IMG/VR virus record: IMGVR_UViG_3300027659_000017
Coordinates: 1 to 64,000 of that record
From: a virus
DNA length: 64,000 nt
Direction: 5' to 3' (one strand)
This document shows, in pieces, positions 58,839 to 64,000 of the stretch. The stretch's first letter is position 1. The number at the start of each line of letters is the position of its first letter. Both the position numbers and the translations under genes were made by a program. Below the pieces are notes generated by a model. The model made no database searches. It was not told where the DNA came from and saw only the letters and a program-made list of their open reading frames with translations.

Positions 58839-58852
58839 ACTTTAGAGGTTTA
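58836..58852. promoter_or_regulatory. TAAAC-N7-GTTTA palindrome
   Basis: taaac-tttagag-gttta at start of intergenic gap. Confidence 0.5.
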
Positions 58853-58894
58853 TTAAACTTATAAAATTTTAATAGTTTTACACAAACATAAATT

Positions 58895-61800
58895 ATGGCA
58901 ACGTATTTACAAGGAGTCACAGATTATATACCAGATTATCAGCCGTTTCAACCTGATTTAAATTTCTATGGTAATTTACTACAAGCTAAGCAAAATCAAT
59001 ATGATACTAACTGGCAATCATTAAATAATTTATATGGTCAACTTTACGGTGCAGATTTAACTCACGAGTTAAATATTAAAAAGAAAGATGAGCTTCTAAA
59101 ACAAATTGATTTCAATGTTAAAAGAATAACAGGTCTGGATCTTTCCCTAGAGCAGAATGTAACTCAAGCTATGCAAGTATTCAAACCATTCTATGAGGAT
59201 AGGTATCTTATGAAAGATATGGCCTGGACTAAGAACTGGAAGAATACATATAACTCAGCTAATGCATTAAAGAACTCACAAGACGAGAAGCAAAGAAAAC
59301 AATGGTGGTCTACAGGTGTTCAGGGACTAGATATTAGAAGACAAATGTTTAAGGATGCTACATTAGATGAGACCTTAAATATGGGTAATGCACAGTATAC
59401 TCCATTTGTAAATGCAGTTACTGAGTATTTAGATCTTGCAAAGAAGTATGATGTTGGTGCCGTAACACAGTTACCTGATGAGTCTGGTTTGTATTTGGTA
59501 CGAAAGAAAAATGGTGAATTGATTTTACCTACTCTACAGAATATGTTCTTGGCTGAATATACTAATAGACCTGACATACAGGATATGTATAGAGAGCAGG
59601 CATTTGTAGAAAGAATGAATTATTCTTATCAGAATGCTGAGAAGTTTGGTGGTAGTAAATTAGAAGCTGAGAAGGATTACATCAAAGCAAAATATGATTG
59701 GTTGCAGAAATATTCAGAAAGTAAGAATGTTAAAGCACAAGATGAATTAAATACTACTAAGAACTTACAAGGACAGCTTGAACAAGATATCAATAAAGGT
59801 AATGTGAATCCTCAACAGTTATCTTATGCAGAAAGACTTAATCAAGGTCTCAAAGTAAATAGTGCTATTGCTGAAGATGCTCAAAAGTTAGATGATCAAA
59901 TTAATGATAAGCAAAATACTGTTGCTACTCAAGGTTACAATGAAGATATCTTAAGTGATATAGAACTTGCAAGATTAAAAGTAGACTCAGGATTTGCTTC
60001 TGTGGCAGCTGAACAAGATATTATGAGAGCTGCCAATGATTATGCTATGACTAACTACGAAGTTGAGTACAAAGCTAATCCTGTTGGTCTAGAGTTCTTA
60101 AGAGATAAACAAGCAAGAGCAAGACAAAGACAAGGTCACACGGATAGATTGGAAGAAATCCAAGCTCAAAGTGATGCTAGAATGTGGGAAAAAGCTGTTG
60201 ATTACAATGTTGGAAAGAACTATTGGAGTTTTGATAAAGATGGTAAGATAAATACCAATCCTCAAGTAAATGGATTTGGTATTACGTTTACTACTCCTGA
60301 CGGAACATCATCTGGTGAAGTTATGTCTATAGATGCAGCAAATCAATTGATGAGAACTCAAATGATTAGTGAGCATGCTACTGAACCAGTAAGTAACTTG
60401 ATGAAGTTTGTGCAGAATGGTGTTAATTCTAATTCATTTACTGCTGCACAGATTGCTCAGTTTGTATTGAAACTTAACCCAAGTGATCCTCTGGCAAAGA
60501 AGATTATGAAAGAAGGTAGTAAAAATTACAGACCGGAAATCATTAAAGTATGGAATAGTGTATGGCAAAGTTATAATGCAGATCCAACTGGCTTTACTCA
60601 AAAAACTGTAAACTCGGGACAGATTTATAACATCAATGAGTTGATGCAAAGTTGGGCTACTAAACATGCTGGAAGTGAGTTGTCTAAAACATATTTTGGA
60701 GATCAATCAATGGTTAAGTTGAACCAACTTGCACGAACTGATGATGCATTGAATAGTGTAAGAAATAAAAACTACGATAAGATCCGAAATAAGTTTACTA
60801 CTGACTTGAATTATATTGTTCAGAATGTAAAAAGTAAAGATCCGGAAACTTATGCTAATGTTACAGATGCAAAGGTTCAACAAGCTGTAGAACTAATGAT
60901 GACAAGATATATCTTAGATGGTAAAGGTAATACAGATGATTTTGAAAAAATTGCACCTGAAGTAGATAAGCAAGTTGCAGCTATACTAGGTTTCAATATT
61001 GGTAAGAAAACAGACCAAAAGGCAGATATGAACTGGTATAACTATGTATTCCCATTAACCAATGTTCCTAAAATAGTTAATTCTGGTAGAGAAGTAGTAA
61101 GAGATGAGGCTTCTTGGGTAAAAGATGTATTTGATAATTCATTTGAAGAACTTGCTATGGATATGAATCCTGAAACAGGACTTCAAACATATCCTAATAA
61201 TGCCACTAAAAGATCTGGTGACAAAGTATCATTAGCTACTGAAACTGGAAACATGATGGTAGCTCCAGGTATTAGATGGGATCCAGGAAATCAGTCTGCT
61301 TCTCAAATGTTTACAACTATCATGGGTACTAACTGGGGCCAAGATGAGTATAAATATAGAATTACTACTAATGGTAACATACTTCCAGGTTCTGAAGAAG
61401 AATGGGAAGATACAGGAGTTTCTCAAAGTGAAGCCGTTGCAATTGTTAGAGAACTACAGATGAGACTTAACACAGATAAGGAGCTTTCAAACTTTATGAT
61501 TGGTGCCACTACAATGTCTATGGAAAGCAATGGTTTGGGTTCTATGAAAGTAAATGCTCCAAGAGACCTGATTGAAAAGGTTATTAAAGGAATGGCTGGT
61601 GAAGATGCAAAAGAAAATGATCTTAAAAATAAGATTGACAAAATCTACCAGAACGGTATTACTTTTATTGCACCTAAAAATGTATGGGAAAGTAACAAAC
61701 TATTTGGTATGCAGTTCCCGTCTCCTACTGAAATTCTCCTAAGACAGGGTCCTATTGAATATGAAGATCCTGCTGGAAATGGTTTTTACAAAATTGAAAA

Positions 61801-62083
61801 AACAACTGGTAGCGGTGATTACATTGGTAATGGAACATTTTATGAAATGTTACCTGATGGTTCTAAGAAAGAACATCAGAGATACTTTGATAATAATGTA
61901 ATGAGTGGTAGGACTATTGAAGAGAAAGAACAATTGTTTCACAACATACTTACGAAAACATTAACTCTAAACTTTGATATGTTTAGAAAGATCCATCAAT
62001 CAGGGAATCAAGAAGCAATTCAAAGAGCACAGGATAATTTTGGTGCAACAGTTACAAATCCTTTTTGGAAATATAATAAGTAA
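58895..62083 (+). CDS. large helical virion/cargo protein
   Basis: 1062 aa; YQPFQPD..KQNQYD N-terminus; lacks GG tags. Confidence 0.65.
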   Translation: MATYLQGVTDYIPDYQPFQPDLNFYGNLLQAKQNQYDTNWQSLNNLYGQLYGADLTHELNIKKKDELLKQIDFNVKRITGLDLSLEQNVTQAMQVFKPFYEDRYLMKDMAWTKNWKNTYNSANALKNSQDEKQRKQWWSTGVQGLDIRRQMFKDATLDETLNMGNAQYTPFVNAVTEYLDLAKKYDVGAVTQLPDESGLYLVRKKNGELILPTLQNMFLAEYTNRPDIQDMYREQAFVERMNYSYQNAEKFGGSKLEAEKDYIKAKYDWLQKYSESKNVKAQDELNTTKNLQGQLEQDINKGNVNPQQLSYAERLNQGLKVNSAIAEDAQKLDDQINDKQNTVATQGYNEDILSDIELARLKVDSGFASVAAEQDIMRAANDYAMTNYEVEYKANPVGLEFLRDKQARARQRQGHTDRLEEIQAQSDARMWEKAVDYNVGKNYWSFDKDGKINTNPQVNGFGITFTTPDGTSSGEVMSIDAANQLMRTQMISEHATEPVSNLMKFVQNGVNSNSFTAAQIAQFVLKLNPSDPLAKKIMKEGSKNYRPEIIKVWNSVWQSYNADPTGFTQKTVNSGQIYNINELMQSWATKHAGSELSKTYFGDQSMVKLNQLARTDDALNSVRNKNYDKIRNKFTTDLNYIVQNVKSKDPETYANVTDAKVQQAVELMMTRYILDGKGNTDDFEKIAPEVDKQVAAILGFNIGKKTDQKADMNWYNYVFPLTNVPKIVNSGREVVRDEASWVKDVFDNSFEELAMDMNPETGLQTYPNNATKRSGDKVSLATETGNMMVAPGIRWDPGNQSASQMFTTIMGTNWGQDEYKYRITTNGNILPGSEEEWEDTGVSQSEAVAIVRELQMRLNTDKELSNFMIGATTMSMESNGLGSMKVNAPRDLIEKVIKGMAGEDAKENDLKNKIDKIYQNGITFIAPKNVWESNKLFGMQFPSPTEILLRQGPIEYEDPAGNGFYKIEKTTGSGDYIGNGTFYEMLPDGSKKEHQRYFDNNVMSGRTIEEKEQLFHNILTKTLTLNFDMFRKIHQSGNQEAIQRAQDNFGATVTNPFWKYNK

Positions 62084-62088
62084 TAGAA

Positions 62089-64000
62089 ATGGCTGAGGAA
62101 ACATTAAACAATGTAGAGAATTTAGAAAATCAACCTTCTGGAGTTAGTCAATTGATGGCTCAGAGTAATTTTCTAAATCCGGCAAGTATTGAACAACCAC
62201 TTGCCCCACAAATTAATTGGCCAGACAATTTTGTTAACACTACAAATTATATTAAAGATAATACATCCGGAGTATCACCAGACTATCCTCCTTCTCAAGT
62301 AAGAGCTGATAGATCAAATGGTGTTTCTCAAGGTGGATTTGGTGCAATGCTGGACAGAGAAATGGCTCAGATAAATAATTTATCTGATGTCAGTAGATAT
62401 GCTGAACCTTATGCATATGATTCATCTCCTAAAGGTACATTTAGAGCAAGATATAAAGCTTATGGTCAGGATACTTTTAACAAAGTAGGTTTCCATCCTT
62501 TGATTGATAACGAGACATTCTTCAATCAGAATACAACCTTTGGTGATGACCTACAAAGATGGGCAACACATTCTGCATGGCCTATGTTGTCTAAAGGATT
62601 TATGGATCCTATTAGATCATATAAGAGTATCATGGATGGTAATGGTTTGTTTGATGCAGATCCTGAAAGTGCACGAGACTATGAATACTACAATGCAATT
62701 GGTGCATCAAGTAAAGGTGGTTTAGGTGGATTTACAGTAAACTTGTTGAACTCTGCTTCATACTCTATGGGTATTCTTACAGAAGGTGCTATGGAAGGTG
62801 CCTTGATTGGAAGTTTATTTAGTGGAGGAAATGCTGCTACCGGTGCTATTGAAGGTAGTACAACTTTCTTAAACAAATTGGGAGCTCTACCTAAAGCATT
62901 GATACAAACTACCAAAGCTACAGGAGAACTTTTAACTAGTGTAAAGAACTATTCTAATCTGAGTAGAGCAAAAGAATTGTATGCTGCGGCAGGTAGAAAC
63001 TTTGGTAACTTTATCAATCCTCTACATAATACTACCCAAGCATTTCATGAATTAAAGAATACAGATAACCTTACAAACTTGGCAAGGAGTGCAACCACTG
63101 CTGGTGCATTGTGGCATGATGTAATGGTTATGAATATGGCTCTTTCAGAAGGTAAACTGGAAGGAGGTTTTACAAGATATCAAACATATGATAGATTGTA
63201 TAACCAACATTTACAAGACAATAATGGTAAGGCACCAACTCTTGATCAACAAGAGTCTATGATGAGACAAGCATCAAAGGGTGCTTGGTGGAATACCCTT
63301 AACAATACAGCATTGATATACTATTCTAATAAGTTAGTATTCCCTTCTATTACCAATGCTAGCTTCCTGAAAGGGATGCCTAAGTTTGGTTTTGGTAAAG
63401 TGGTTACTAATGTAGGAAAGGAATACCAAATCTTATTTCAACCGGGAAAGAATGCAATTGAGGGTGCCTTTACTAAACAAAGAGTAAGTTTTGTTAATGC
63501 AATTAAGTCATTGGCTAAACCTGCCACATATGGAAGAGTAGGTCTTAATTATTTTAAGGCAAACCTTGTTGAAGGTACACAAGAGGTATTACAAGATGTA
63601 TTACAAGAGGCAACTCAAAACTATTATGTAGATACTTTTAAAAATCCTGATGCTAGAAACTTTAGATATGCTTCTGGATTACTAAGTGAGTCAATAGGAA
63701 AACAATGGAGTTCACAAGGACTTGAAACGTTCCTGTCTGGTTTCTTAATGGGTTCTATATTACAAGCTCCCGGGGCAATTAAAAAGTATGCAACTGTTGG
63801 ATACAATGATTACCTACAAAAGAATCCTGAATATCAAACATACCTAAAGGATAGAGAACAACTGGCTGATACAGTGGTAGAGCAAATGAATACCATGTAT
63901 AAGAATGGGCAGTATTTCTTTGACCCAAGAATAAGCAACTATGCTAATATTGGTTTGTTAGGTAGAGTAATTGATGATCCAGATAATCATACTACCAAAG
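62089..64000 (+). CDS. giant virion protein, 3'-truncated by window (MAEETLNN..., >637 aa)
   Basis: open frame from ATG 62089 to window end; G/A-rich hydrophobic helices and EGTQEVLQD motif; absent from ORF track because no stop. Confidence 0.8.
   Translation, partial: MAEETLNNVENLENQPSGVSQLMAQSNFLNPASIEQPLAPQINWPDNFVNTTNYIKDNTSGVSPDYPPSQVRADRSNGVSQGGFGAMLDREMAQINNLSDVSRYAEPYAYDSSPKGTFRARYKAYGQDTFNKVGFHPLIDNETFFNQNTTFGDDLQRWATHSAWPMLSKGFMDPIRSYKSIMDGNGLFDADPESARDYEYYNAIGASSKGGLGGFTVNLLNSASYSMGILTEGAMEGALIGSLFSGGNAATGAIEGSTTFLNKLGALPKALIQTTKATGELLTSVKNYSNLSRAKELYAAAGRNFGNFINPLHNTTQAFHELKNTDNLTNLARSATTAGALWHDVMVMNMALSEGKLEGGFTRYQTYDRLYNQHLQDNNGKAPTLDQQESMMRQASKGAWWNTLNNTALIYYSNKLVFPSITNASFLKGMPKFGFGKVVTNVGKEYQILFQPGKNAIEGAFTKQRVSFVNAIKSLAKPATYGRVGLNYFKANLVEGTQEVLQDVLQEATQNYYVDTFKNPDARNFRYASGLLSESIGKQWSSQGLETFLSGFLMGSILQAPGAIKKYATVGYNDYLQKNPEYQTYLKDREQLADTVVEQMNTMYKNGQYFFDPRISNYANIGLLGRVIDDPDNHTTK

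Noticed and set aside
39101-62083. Virion RNA polymerase subunits
   Set aside because: No convincing DxDxD catalytic motif; DINGDG in 55395 is a short loop, not in an RNAP context
170-63806. All minus-strand ORFs and short nested plus-strand ORFs in the track
   Set aside because: They are shadows of long, tightly packed + strand genes or of the non-coding array, with no leaders or motifs
1-64000. Stop-codon reassignment as in some crAss-like phages
   Set aside because: Genes are full-length under code 11, and TAA, TAG and TGA all end genes at tight junctions

Overview
AT-rich, gene-dense segment with every credible gene on the + strand. It is the late/virion region of a large tailed phage with crAss-like (Crassvirales-type) gene order, and its promoter motifs point to a Bacteroidota host. 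Order: small accessory genes (HExxH protein, GroES-like), fibre/appendage genes, holin-amidase lysis cassette, wHTH/HU-like/PD-(D/E)XK genes, terminase, portal, scaffold-like protein, major capsid protein, a cluster of small basic proteins, ferritin-like protein, Cys-rich structural proteins, tail ring and muzzle-like proteins, then six consecutive giant proteins, probably virion cargo (the last runs off the window). Main unexplained signals: (1) about 50 short xKxGG / KAxxG tags shared by the small basic proteins and four giant proteins. In two giant proteins the tags delimit cassettes, often starting with a Pro-Pro amphipathic leader, carrying a SET domain, an ART-like domain, two zincin-like domains and three copies of an unknown domain. 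(2) Matching C- and N-terminal motifs at three successive giant-protein junctions. (3) A tandem array of promoter-short RNA-terminator units at 511-820. (4) A 3' hairpin whose loop is antisense to an AAACCAACAA leader found at several genes. (5) A TAAAC-N7-GTTTA palindrome at four intergenic sites. All family assignments come from reading motifs by eye; no database searches were run.
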